Shown here piece after piece: positions 36,430 to 45,825 of a DNA stretch of 64,000 nt. A model generated the notes under the pieces. That model ran no database searches and was not told the DNA's origin. It saw only the letters and a program-made list of their open reading frames with translations. How positions within the stretch are numbered: position 1 is the first letter of the stretch; each line of letters opens with the position of its first letter. The stretch comes from an uncultured Actinomycetota bacterium. Its GTDB lineage: Bacteria > Actinomycetota > Acidimicrobiia > Acidimicrobiales > Palsa-688. The stretch is from assembly GCA_963791545.1 (NCBI GenBank), contig CAWBSR010000004.1, positions 41,707 through 105,706 of the forward strand. The letters run 5' to 3'. The translations under genes and the position numbers were made by a program.

Positions 36430-39400
36430 TTGACGACGGACTACGCGCGTCCTTCTTTCAACCTTGCCAGGCCGCGGAGGGAACGGTTGGACTCTCTGAT
36501 CAAATCGAGCATCAAGCACCGATGGGTGCTGGTTGTAGCCGCCCTGTTGGTGTTCCTGGGCGGCTTCACCCAGCTGCGGCACGCCCGGGTCGATGCCCTT
36601 CCCGAGTTCAACGCCCCGAGGGTCGAGGTGCAAACCGAGGCGCTCGGGCTATCCGCCCAGGAGGTCGAGCAGCTTCTCACGGTCCCCCTGGAGCGCAACC
36701 ACCTCAACGGAATCCCGTTCCTGAAGTCGATCAAGTCACGGTCGGTGCCCGGGCTGTCCTCGATTGAAATGATCTTCGAGCCGGGCACCGACCTCTTCAC
36801 GGCCCGGCAGCTGGTGCAGGAGCACCTCAGCACGACCAACGAGCTGCCCAATGTCTCCAAGCCACCGCAGATGCTCCAGTCCGTCTCCTCGGCCGGCCGG
36901 GTGATGATCATCGGGATCTCGACGGACAAACTCACTCCCATCGAGCTGTCGGTGCTCACCGAGTTCACCATCCGGCCGCGGCTGCTCGGCGTCCCCGGCG
37001 TGGCCGGCGTTTCCGTTTTCGGTGCTCGCGACCTCCAGCTGCAGATCCAGCTCGACCCGGCCCGGTTGCTCTCCCAGGGCGTTTCGGTGGATCAGGTCAT
37101 CACGACGGCCGGGAACGCATTGTTCGTCTCGCCGCTCACGTTCCTGGAGGCTTCTACCCCGGGCAGCGGCGGCTTCTTCGATTCGCCGACCCAGCGCCTG
37201 GGCGTCCAGCACATCCTCCCGATCAGGACGCCGGCAGATCTTGCCCAGGTGGCCATCGCCGACGCCAAGACGCCGCTGCGGCTAGGTGATGTTGCCACCG
37301 TGGTCGAAGACCATCAGCCCCTCATCGGAGATGGGTCCTTGGCGAGCGGGAAGGCACTGCTGTTGGTCGTCGAGAAGCTGCCCGGGGCCAATACCGGGGA
37401 GGTCACCCACCGGTTGGACGCCGCCTTGGGCCAGTTGAAGCCCAGCCTCAAAGGCATCCAGGTCGACGGGTCCCTGTACCGGCCCCAGACGTTCATAGAA
37501 CAGGCGATCGGCAACCTTCGAGGTGCCGCCACCGCCGGCGCCATCCTGGGACTGCTCCTCCTCGCCCTGCTCGTGTTGTCGTGGCGGGCGGCCGTGGTGG
37601 CCGCAGTCACCATCCCGCTGTCGGTGGTAGCTGCCGCCACCGTGTTGGCCCTGCGGGGCGCAACCTTCGACTCGGTCGTGGTCGCGGGGCTTATGGCGGC
37701 CATGGCGCTGGTGGTATTCGACGTCGTCGTCACCACCACAGCCATGCACCGGCGGGGCTCGCCACGCGGCAGCGATCCGCCCTCGTTTGCCGCCGTCGTC
37801 GGCCAGGTGGGACGACCGCTCGCCAGCGCGACCGTCATCGTCGGCATCGGGCTGACCCCGTTTTTGCTCCTGAACGGCGTGTCGGTACAACCGTTCGTGA
37901 CGCCAGCGGTGATGTCCTTTGGCCTCGCCGTCCTGGCCTCGCTCGTCGTGGCCCTCACCATCGCCCCCGCCGTCGGCGCCGTGGTATTCCGGCCCGCCAA
38001 ACTCGTAGCCGGACCACGCCAGGGCGCGCAAGGCCAGGCCCGCGAACCCCACCCCGGCCAACCCCAGCCCGGCCCACTTCGGACCGCCCGGCGGGGGGCC
38101 GCCCAGGGCCGGCTCACCCGTCGCCGGCCACCACTGCTGGCCGCGGGCGGTGTCTACCGCTCCTTCCTGGCCAGGGGGCTGAGGCGACCGCTGTGGGCCG
38201 CGGCGGTACCGGCGCTGCTCCTGGCCTCGCTGGGTACCGCCTCGATCACCCAGCTGCGGGCGTCTCTCGTGCCGTCGTTCCAGGAGACCGACCTGCTGGT
38301 CCACTGGGACGGCCCGCCCGGTACCTCTCTCGCCGAAATGGGCCGGGTCATCGACCGGGCCGCCGTGGAGGTGCGCCACCTTGCCGGTATCCGGGCCGTC
38401 GGTACCCACACCGGCCGGGCCATCACCGGCGACCAGGTGGTGGGAGCCAGCTCCGGGGAGATGTGGATCAGCGTGAAACCCTCGGTGGACCACGAGGCCA
38501 CCGTCGACCGGGTCAAGGAGGTCGTCAACGGCTACCCGGGCTTCCGCACCGCCGTTTCGACCTTCTTCAATGATCGGATCCGTGAGCTCGAAGGTCAGAG
38601 CGGAGCCGACCTCGTCGTGCGCGTCGAGGGCGTCGACTTCGACGTCATGAACGCCAAGGGCGCCGAGATCGTGCGCCTCCTGGCGGGCGTGAAGGGCGTC
38701 ACCAACACCCACCTCGAGGCCCAGCCACAACAACCCACGATCCAGGTGACCGTCGATCTGGCCGCGGCCGAGAAGGCGGGCATCAAACCCGGAGAGATCC
38801 GGCGGGGGGCCACAACCCTGGTGTCCGGTCTCACCGTGGGGAGCCTCTACCAGGACCAAAAGGTCTTCCAGGTCGTCGTGGTGGGATCGCCCGCCCTACG
38901 TCACGATCTCACCACCATCTCCGACATCAGTATCGACACGCCCGGCGGCGGGCAGGTCCGGCTGGGCGACGTGGCCAAGATCACGGTCGGCTCGAGCGTC
39001 AGTGTCATCAAGCACAACGACGTGGCCCGGAGCCTCGACGTCGCCGCCAACGTCAAGGGCCGCAGCCTCGCCTCGGCGGTGCGGGAGATCAACGCCAGGT
39101 TGAGGGGCGTCAGCTTTCCGGCCGAGTATGACGCCCGGGTGCTCGCCGACCACAGCGAACGTACGGCAGCGCACCGGCGCCTCCTGCTGGCCGGGATGCT
39201 CGCCCTCGTCATCATCTTCCTCGTCTTCCAGGCCACGTTTTCCAGCTGGCGTCTGGCGGCGCTGGCCGTCCTGGCACTCCCGCTGGCGGTCGCCGGCGGC
39301 GCCGTATCCAGCTGGGGAGACGGCCCCACCTTCCAGCTGGGATCGCTCCTCGGTGTCCTCGCGGTGGGCGGGCTGGCAGTCCGCAGCATCACCGTCCTCC

Positions 39401-39741
39401 TGGCCGGGTTCCGGCAGTTGGAACGCGACGAGCCCCGCTTGAGCCGCCTCGCGGTGGCCCAGCAAGCCTCGGTGGAGGCGGGGCTGCCAAGCATCCTGGC
39501 GGCCCTCGTGATCGGGGCCGCCTTCCTGCCCTTCATCGCCATCGGGAGCCTTCCCGGTACCGAGATCATCCGGCCCCTGGCCGTGACCCTGATCGGCGGC
39601 GCGCTGACCACGACTCTCGTGACGCTCGTCGTCCTTCCCGCCGGCTACCTCGTGGGCCGCAGCCGGCGCCCGATGCCCGCCGGCGCCGCCCCGTTCGAAT
39701 CCGCCGCCGGGGCCCACCGTGAGGACGACCTCCATGCCTAG
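36430..39741 (+). CDS. RND efflux permease, CusA/CzcA-like, divergent (TM4 acidic pair and EN motif absent)
   Basis: 1103 aa, TTG start. The N-terminus IKHRWVLVVAALLVFLGGFTQLRHARVDALPEFNAPRVEVQTEALGLSAQEVEQLLTVPLE is typical. The TM4 region reads LMAAMALVVFDVVVTTTAM instead of ...VDDAIV..EN. Confidence 0.8.
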   Translation: MTTDYARPSFNLARPRRERLDSLIKSSIKHRWVLVVAALLVFLGGFTQLRHARVDALPEFNAPRVEVQTEALGLSAQEVEQLLTVPLERNHLNGIPFLKSIKSRSVPGLSSIEMIFEPGTDLFTARQLVQEHLSTTNELPNVSKPPQMLQSVSSAGRVMIIGISTDKLTPIELSVLTEFTIRPRLLGVPGVAGVSVFGARDLQLQIQLDPARLLSQGVSVDQVITTAGNALFVSPLTFLEASTPGSGGFFDSPTQRLGVQHILPIRTPADLAQVAIADAKTPLRLGDVATVVEDHQPLIGDGSLASGKALLLVVEKLPGANTGEVTHRLDAALGQLKPSLKGIQVDGSLYRPQTFIEQAIGNLRGAATAGAILGLLLLALLVLSWRAAVVAAVTIPLSVVAAATVLALRGATFDSVVVAGLMAAMALVVFDVVVTTTAMHRRGSPRGSDPPSFAAVVGQVGRPLASATVIVGIGLTPFLLLNGVSVQPFVTPAVMSFGLAVLASLVVALTIAPAVGAVVFRPAKLVAGPRQGAQGQAREPHPGQPQPGPLRTARRGAAQGRLTRRRPPLLAAGGVYRSFLARGLRRPLWAAAVPALLLASLGTASITQLRASLVPSFQETDLLVHWDGPPGTSLAEMGRVIDRAAVEVRHLAGIRAVGTHTGRAITGDQVVGASSGEMWISVKPSVDHEATVDRVKEVVNGYPGFRTAVSTFFNDRIRELEGQSGADLVVRVEGVDFDVMNAKGAEIVRLLAGVKGVTNTHLEAQPQQPTIQVTVDLAAAEKAGIKPGEIRRGATTLVSGLTVGSLYQDQKVFQVVVVGSPALRHDLTTISDISIDTPGGGQVRLGDVAKITVGSSVSVIKHNDVARSLDVAANVKGRSLASAVREINARLRGVSFPAEYDARVLADHSERTAAHRRLLLAGMLALVIIFLVFQATFSSWRLAALAVLALPLAVAGGAVSSWGDGPTFQLGSLLGVLAVGGLAVRSITVLLAGFRQLERDEPRLSRLAVAQQASVEAGLPSILAALVIGAAFLPFIAIGSLPGTEIIRPLAVTLIGGALTTTLVTLVVLPAGYLVGRSRRPMPAGAAPFESAAGAHREDDLHA

Positions 39742-40222
39742 CCCCCGGCAGCTGGCGGCGATGTCCGCCTGTGTACTGGTCATCGCCGGCTGCGCCAGAG
39801 CCAAGGCCAGCCACGGAGGCGCGGTCTCGAGGGCCGCCAGCGTGAGCGCGGTCGCCGGGACCAACCGGGTGCAGGTCCACGTCACGTCCGAGGCCGTGAA
39901 ACGCCTGGACATCCAAGTCGGCACCGTGCGCGATGCCGCAGTGGCGCCCCGGCGGGCTGCCGCCGGCGATGGCGGGGCGGCCCCGGTGGCCAGCCCGGTC
40001 CCGCGCCGGGTCATCCCCTTCGCCGCCGTCATGTACGCGCCCGCCGGCGATGCCTTCACCTATGTCGTGGCCGGGCCGGGTCTCTATGAGAGAGCGCCCC
40101 TCGCCGTCGAGTACGTGGCCGGTGACCTCGCGGTGCTGATCTCGGGGCCAACGGCGGGTACGCCCGTCGTCACTGTCGGCGGCCCCGAGCTTCTCGGCAT
40201 CGAGTTCGGCACCGGCGAGTAG
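39734..40222 (+). CDS. Short lipoprotein resembling only the C-terminal barrel/membrane-proximal part of an RND periplasmic adaptor
   Basis: MPSPRQLAAMSACVLVIAGCAR carries a lipobox. RVIPFAAVMYAPAGDAFTYVVAGPGLYERAPLAVEYVAGDLAVLISGPTAGTPVVTVGGPELLG is MFP C-terminus-like. Its ATG overlaps the RND1 stop. Confidence 0.5.
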   Translation: MPSPRQLAAMSACVLVIAGCARAKASHGGAVSRAASVSAVAGTNRVQVHVTSEAVKRLDIQVGTVRDAAVAPRRAAAGDGGAAPVASPVPRRVIPFAAVMYAPAGDAFTYVVAGPGLYERAPLAVEYVAGDLAVLISGPTAGTPVVTVGGPELLGIEFGTGE

Positions 40223-40239
40223 CGGCGGCCGGTCCCGCC

Positions 40240-43200
40240 ATGATGCGCCGGATCGTCGGCATGAGCCTCAGGCTTCGGTTCCTGATGGTGGCCATCGCGG
40301 CCGTCCTGGTCCTGATCGGGGTCGGACAGATCCGAAAGGCGCCGGTCGACGTCTTCCCGGAGTTCGCACCCCCGACGGTCGAGGTTCAGACCGAATGCGT
40401 CGGTCTGTCGCCGGCCGAGGTCGAGCAGGTGGTGACCACCCCCCTCGAGCAGGCGCTGAGCGGGATCCCGGGCATCAAGGTCATGCGGTCGCAGTCGATC
40501 GGCCAGTTGTCCGACATCACGATGCAGTTCCAGCCCGGCACCGATCCTCTCCGGGCGCGGGAACAAGTACAGGAGAAGCTGTCCATCGTCCGGCCCACGC
40601 TGCCGAACTGGGCGGCGCCGCCTGCCATCATCCAGCCGAAATCGGCGACCAGCCGGATCATGGAGATCGGCGTCTCGTCCACGTCCCTCAGCCCGATCGA
40701 AGCCTCCATCCTGGCCGACGTCAAGCTCCGGCCCCGGCTCCTGCGGGTGCCCGGGGTGGCCAACGTCCCCATCTGGGGTGAGAAGCAACAGATCCTCCAA
40801 GTGGAGGCGGACCCCGTCCGGCTCCGCGCCAGCGGCATCTCCCTGGCCCGGCTGATGGAGGTCACGTCGAACGCACTGGACAACGGCGTGCTGCGCTTCG
40901 AACGATCCGGGGTCGGCGCCAGCGGCGGCTTTGTCGACACCGCGACCCAGCGCCTCCAGGTCGAGCACAAGGTTCCGATTGTGACCGCTGAGGAGCTGGC
41001 GGCGACGGTTGTCGACGTCAAACCCGATGGCACACCCCTTCGGATCGGGGACGTGGCCACCGTGGTGTCCGACCATCCACCCCTCATTGGCGATGCGGTC
41101 ATAAATGGCCGGGTCGGGATGATGCTCATCGTCGAAAAGTTCCCGTGGGGCAACACGCGGGCGGTCACCAAGGGGGTCGAGGCCGCCCTGGCCGAGATGA
41201 AGCCCGGTCTGCCGGACCTCCAGATCGACGCCACCATCTTCCGGCCCGCCACCTTCATCGACGACGCCATTCACAACCTCACCAATTCTCATCGTCCTCG
41301 GCTCCCTGCTCGTCCTCCTGGTGCTGGCCCTGTTCCTGTTCGAGTGGCGCAGTGCCGTCATCAGCATCGTGACCATCCCGGTCTCGCTGACGGCCGCCCT
41401 GCTCGTCCTGCGGGCCCGCCACGTGACGATCAATACCTTGATCCTGGCCGGGCTGGTCATCGCCCTGGGGGCCATCGTCGATGACGCCATCGTCGACATC
41501 GAGAACATCGTCAGGCGGCTCCGGCTGGCGCGCGCCAGCGGCACGCCTCTGTCAACCGCCCAAGTGATTATCGAGGCTTCGGTCGAGGTGCGCAGTGCCG
41601 TCGTTTACGCCTCGTTTATCGAAATCGTGGCGCTCATCCCTATCTTTTTCCTGAGGAGCCTCACGGGATCGTTCTTCCGCCCGCTGGCCACCGCCTACGC
41701 CCTATCGGTGCTGGTTTCGCTCCTCGTCGCCCTCCTGCTCACGCCGGCGCTGGCCATGTTGCTCCTGCACGGCGCCAAGCTGGAGCGCCACCAGTCGCCC
41801 CTCGCGCCCATCCTGCAGCGGGGCTACGGCCGGATGCTGGGCGCCATCCTCCGCCGGCCCGCACCGGCGGTGGTCCTCACCCTCGCCATCATCGCCTCGG
41901 GCGCCGTCGTGTTGCCCAGGATGGGCCAGGAATTGTTTCCCACGTTCAAAGAGCGCGACTTCCTTATCCATTTCGTCACCAAGCCGGGCACATCGCATCC
42001 CGAGGAGGTCCGGATCGTCCGCCAGGTCAGCAACGAGCTGACGGCCATCCCCGGTGTGCGCAATTTCGGTTCGCATATCGGGCGAGCGCTGCAGGGCGAG
42101 GAGATCTCCGGCGTCAACTTCGGCGAGAACTGGATCAGCATCGACAAGAACGCCGACTATGACCGAACCTTGGCCCGCATCCAAGCGGTCGTCGACGGGT
42201 ATCCGGGCCTGTTCCGGGATGTGCAGACCTATTTGCGGGAGCGCACCAAGGAGGTGCTGACGGGCTCCAGTGATGCCATCGTGGTGCGAATATTCGGCGA
42301 CAATCTCCAGGTCCTGCAGGACAAGGGCAAGGAGATCGAGGCCGCGGTGGCGGGCATCGCCGGGACCAAGGACGTCCACCTGGAGTTCGAGGAGAACGTG
42401 CCCCAGATCGAGGTCCAGGTCGATCTGGAAAAACTCCAGGCCAGCGGCCTGAAGCCGGGCGACGTCCGCCGGGACGCCTCCACCCTCATAGGCGGTGAGG
42501 AGGTCGGTACCGTCTTCAAGAACGGGAGAAAGGTCGACGTGTGGGTGTGGAGCACCCCGAGCAACCGCTCCAGCGTCAGCGACGTCCAGGACCTTCTCAT
42601 CGACACACCGGCCGGCACCCAGATCCGCCTCGGTGACGTGGCCCGGGTCGAGGTTCGGCCGGCACCGAACGTGGTCCGCCACGAGGGCGGGTTCCGCCGC
42701 CTCGACGTGGGCACCAATGTGGGCGGCCGCGACCTGGGTTCGGTGGCGCGAGACGTCCAGCTGGCGGTCGGCAAGGTGCCCCTTCCGCTCGGGTACCACG
42801 TCGAGGTGCTGGGGGAGTATGCCGAGCGCCGCCAAGCCCAGCGGAGCATCGTCCTCTACGGGCTGGTGGCGGCGCTGGCCATTCTGCTCCTGCTGCGAAT
42901 TTCATTCCACCGCTGGCGGCTCGCGCTTCTCGCCTTCTTCACCCTTCCGGTCGCATTGGTGGGTGGCCTTCTAACCGCGTTCCTGTTCTCCTCCGCCCGC
43001 ATTTCCCTCGGCTCCCTGGTGGGGTTCTTCACGGTGCTCGGGATCGTGGCCCGCAACGGCATCATGATGATCAGCCATTACCATCATCTCGAGAGCCAGG
43101 AGGGCATGGAGTTCGGGCCCGCCCTCGTAATCCGGGGCGCCCAGGAGCGACTGGCGCCTATTTTGATGACCGGTCTCGCGACCGGACTCGCCCTCATTCC

Positions 43201-43468
43201 ACTGGCGCTGAGGGGCAACATCCCGGGCCAGGAGATCGAGTTCCCCCTAGCCATCGTGATCTTGGGCGGCCTCCTGAGCTCCGCCCTGCTCAACCTCTTT
43301 ATCCTGCCCGTGCTGTACCTCCGCTTCGGGAAGGCGAGGGCTGAACGGGCTGTGATCCTCGAACCAGGAACCCTTACGCTACAAGGGTTTTCACCACTCG
43401 GTGGAGACGATGGTGGAGACGATGGGACTCGAACCCACGACCCCCTGCGTGCAAAGCAGGTGCTCTAG
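40240..43468 (+). pseudogene. RND efflux permease, CusA/CzcA-like, split by a +1 frameshift near nt 41290; the 3' end reads antisense into tRNA-Ala
   Basis: ORF 40240..41484 is RND-like up to ...FIDDAIHNLTNS. The continuation IVLGSLLVLLVLALFLFEWRSAVISIVTIPVSL...LGAIVDDAIVDIENIVRRL is in the frame of ORF 41321..43468. Confidence 0.8.
43401..43424. repeat. Tandem duplication (2 x 12 nt, GTGGAGACGATG) of the tRNA-Ala 3' acceptor/T-stem end
   Basis: 43401-43412 and 43413-43424 are identical. The second copy is part of the tRNA. Confidence 0.9.
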
Positions 43469-43486
43469 CCACTGAGCTACGTCCCC
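43411..43486 (-). tRNA. tRNA-Ala (anticodon TGC), CCA encoded
   Basis: The reverse complement is GGGGACGTAGCTCAGTGGCTAGAGCACCTGCTTTGCACGCAGGGGGTCGTGGGTTCGAGTCCCATCGTCTCCACCA. It has the G3:U70 pair and anticodon loop TTTGCAC. Confidence 0.95.
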
Positions 43487-43597
43487 GCAACGGCCAGGTG
43501 GCCCCGAATCTACTCGTCCGAGGTTGGATGTCGTCCTGGCGGGTGGCAAACTTTCCCGGGCGACGGGACGGCCCGGGGCGGAAGTAGAGTCATCGCG

Positions 43598-44008
43598 GTG
43601 CCCGGCTCGTTCCGCCTGCTTCTGGCGACGGGCTTGGCCGTGTCCGCAGGGCTGGTGATCGTGGCCGGCGCCGGTAGCGGCGGCGGGGGCTGGGCGATCG
43701 GGATCGGCGGCGGGCAGGCCGCCCTGGCCGGGGCGCTTCTGCTGCGCCCTCGATCCACGGGCCCGCTGGCGGGGGCGGTCTTGTTCCTCATCCCGGCGCC
43801 ACTGGCGGCGGTTCGACATTGGAGCGCCCGGCTGCCCGGGGCGTGCCAGTGCGCCCGCCTGCCCCAGCCGGCGCCGGGGCTGGTGAGCCTGACGGGTCTG
43901 GTGGTGGTCATCGACCTGGCCCTGCTCGGCTTGACGCTGCGGTTGGCCGCCACCCGGCGGCGACTGGCGGCCATTCCCCCGGCCGAGGTGGAAAAATCCC
44001 CGGCGTGA
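43598..44008 (+). CDS. Hydrophobic membrane protein, hypothetical
   Basis: 136 aa with 3-4 predicted TM segments (LLLATGLAVSAGLVIVAGAG, GAVLFLIPAPLAAV, LVSLTGLVVVIDLALLGLTL). Its stop overlaps the response-regulator ATG (TGATG). Confidence 0.5.
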   Translation: MPGSFRLLLATGLAVSAGLVIVAGAGSGGGGWAIGIGGGQAALAGALLLRPRSTGPLAGAVLFLIPAPLAAVRHWSARLPGACQCARLPQPAPGLVSLTGLVVVIDLALLGLTLRLAATRRRLAAIPPAEVEKSPA

Positions 44009-44730
44009 TGCGATCACAGGGGCACAGGGAGGGGATCGATCTGGCGACGGTGACCACGACGACAGCGTCCCGAGCGCTACTCATCGAAGACGACCTTTCG
44101 GTGCGGGAGGCGGTGGCCATCGCTTTCGAGGGCCTGGGCTTTTTGGTACGGGCGTCGGCGACAGGCGAGGCGTTGGCGGACAGCATTCAGGAGTTCCGTC
44201 CCGATGTGGCCATCATCGATCTCCAGTTGCCGTCCGGGCCCGACGGCTTCGAGCTGGCCCGCCAGGTGATCTCGATGGCTGGGATACCAGTGGTCTTCCT
44301 CACCGCCTCCGACGGGCTCGACGACCGGCTGGCCGGCTTCGAGGCGGGCGGCGACGACTACATCGTCAAGCCCTTTGCCATGGCGGAGCTGCTGGCCCGG
44401 GTGCGGGCGGTGCTGCGCCGCAGCGGTCGCCTGCAGTCGCCGGTCATCGAGGTCCGCGACCTGCTCATCGACGACAACGCCAAGCTGGCCATGCGCGACG
44501 GGGTCCTCCTCGACCTGACCCCGACCGAGTTCGAGTTGCTTTCGGTGCTGGTCCGGACACCCAACCACGTCTTTTCCAAGGGCCAGCTGCTGTCGCAGAT
44601 CTGGGGGTTTGACTCCTACGACCCCAACTTGGTGGAGGTCCATGTCAGTGCCCTGCGTCGCAAGTTGGACGCCCTCGGCCCGAGGTTGGTGCACACGGTG
44701 CGCAGCCGCGGGTACGTCTTTCGTGTTTGA
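44008..44730 (+). CDS. OmpR-family response regulator
   Basis: ALLIEDDLSVREAV, PDVAIIDLQLPSGPDGF, FLTASD and the winged-helix segment LTPTEFELLSVL...VHVSALRRKL...VRSRGYVF. Confidence 0.9.
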   Translation: MRSQGHREGIDLATVTTTTASRALLIEDDLSVREAVAIAFEGLGFLVRASATGEALADSIQEFRPDVAIIDLQLPSGPDGFELARQVISMAGIPVVFLTASDGLDDRLAGFEAGGDDYIVKPFAMAELLARVRAVLRRSGRLQSPVIEVRDLLIDDNAKLAMRDGVLLDLTPTEFELLSVLVRTPNHVFSKGQLLSQIWGFDSYDPNLVEVHVSALRRKLDALGPRLVHTVRSRGYVFRV

Positions 44731-45776
44731 TGGCCAGGGGCTGGGGCGGGGCTAGACGCCTGCTGGCCGGGGACCTGGGGACCGGCGAGGTTGTCTGGGG
44801 CTGGAACAATTCCCGCCTGGCGCTCATCGCCCTTGCTCTCGTGGTACTGGGGCTGGGGGTGGCGGACTACATCACCGGGCCGGTGCTGTCGCTGGCGCTG
44901 TTCTACCTGGTGCCGACCGCCATCGGGACGGTGCTGGCGGGGCGCCGGATCGGTTTCGCCTTGGCGCTCGGCAGCGCGGTGGCGTCGACGGTGGCCGCGT
45001 TCTTCAGCCAGAGCCATGAAGAGGTGATCTTCGTGCTCAATGGGGTCCTCCTGCTGCTCATCCTGTCGGTGATCGTGGTGCTGATCGGTGCCGCCCGCCA
45101 GACCGCCTTGGCGGCCGGCGTGGCCGCCCGGCAGCGCAAGGAGTTCCTGGCTTACGCCGCCCACCAGTTGCGGACCCCGCTGGCGGGCATCCGTGCGTCG
45201 ACCGACGCCCTGCTGGTGGGCGGTGCCACCAGCCAGCAGGAACGTTTGCTGGTCAACCTGTCGCGCGAGGCGGATCGGGCGGGGCGGCTGTTGTCATCCC
45301 TGCTGCAGATGGCGCGTGTGGATCAGGGAGAGGTGGGGGTCCCCCAGGCGATTGACGTGGTCGAGATCTGTCAAGCCGAGCTCGACCGGAACCGGTCGGT
45401 GGCGGCCAAGTTGGTCATCCGGGGCCATCGCCCCCCGCCCGTACTGGCCTCGGGTGACGCGGTGAAGAACGCTTTGGCGAACCTGCTCGACAATGCCCGC
45501 CGCCACGCCCGGCAACACGTCACCGTCGAGGTGGCAACGACGCCGGCGTCGGTGGAGATCGCGGTTATCGACGACGGCCCCGGGCTGCCGGACGGGATGA
45601 GCGAGCGGGTCTTCGAGCGGTTCGTCTCCCTGGACGGCGAGGGCGGCAGCGGGCTCGGCCTCCCTATCGCCCGGGGCCTCATCGAAGCTCAAGGGGGCCG
45701 TCTGGTGTACGAGGACCATCACTTCGTGATCCGGCTCCCCAACCGCCGCTCGGCTTCCGAACACCGGTCCGGCTGA
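44727..45776 (+). CDS. Sensor histidine kinase (membrane N-domain, HisKA + HATPase_c)
   Basis: The H-box is FLAYAAHQLRTPLAGI, the N-box is LANLLDNARRHA, and the G-boxes are DDGPGLP and GGSGLGLPIARGL. It overlaps the regulator gene at ATGA. Confidence 0.9.
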   Translation: MMARGWGGARRLLAGDLGTGEVVWGWNNSRLALIALALVVLGLGVADYITGPVLSLALFYLVPTAIGTVLAGRRIGFALALGSAVASTVAAFFSQSHEEVIFVLNGVLLLLILSVIVVLIGAARQTALAAGVAARQRKEFLAYAAHQLRTPLAGIRASTDALLVGGATSQQERLLVNLSREADRAGRLLSSLLQMARVDQGEVGVPQAIDVVEICQAELDRNRSVAAKLVIRGHRPPPVLASGDAVKNALANLLDNARRHARQHVTVEVATTPASVEIAVIDDGPGLPDGMSERVFERFVSLDGEGGSGLGLPIARGLIEAQGGRLVYEDHHFVIRLPNRRSASEHRSG

Positions 45777-45825
45777 GCCTGCCGCTGGGCCCCGAATCCC
45801 ACCGGAGGGGGACTGCCTCGGGCGG

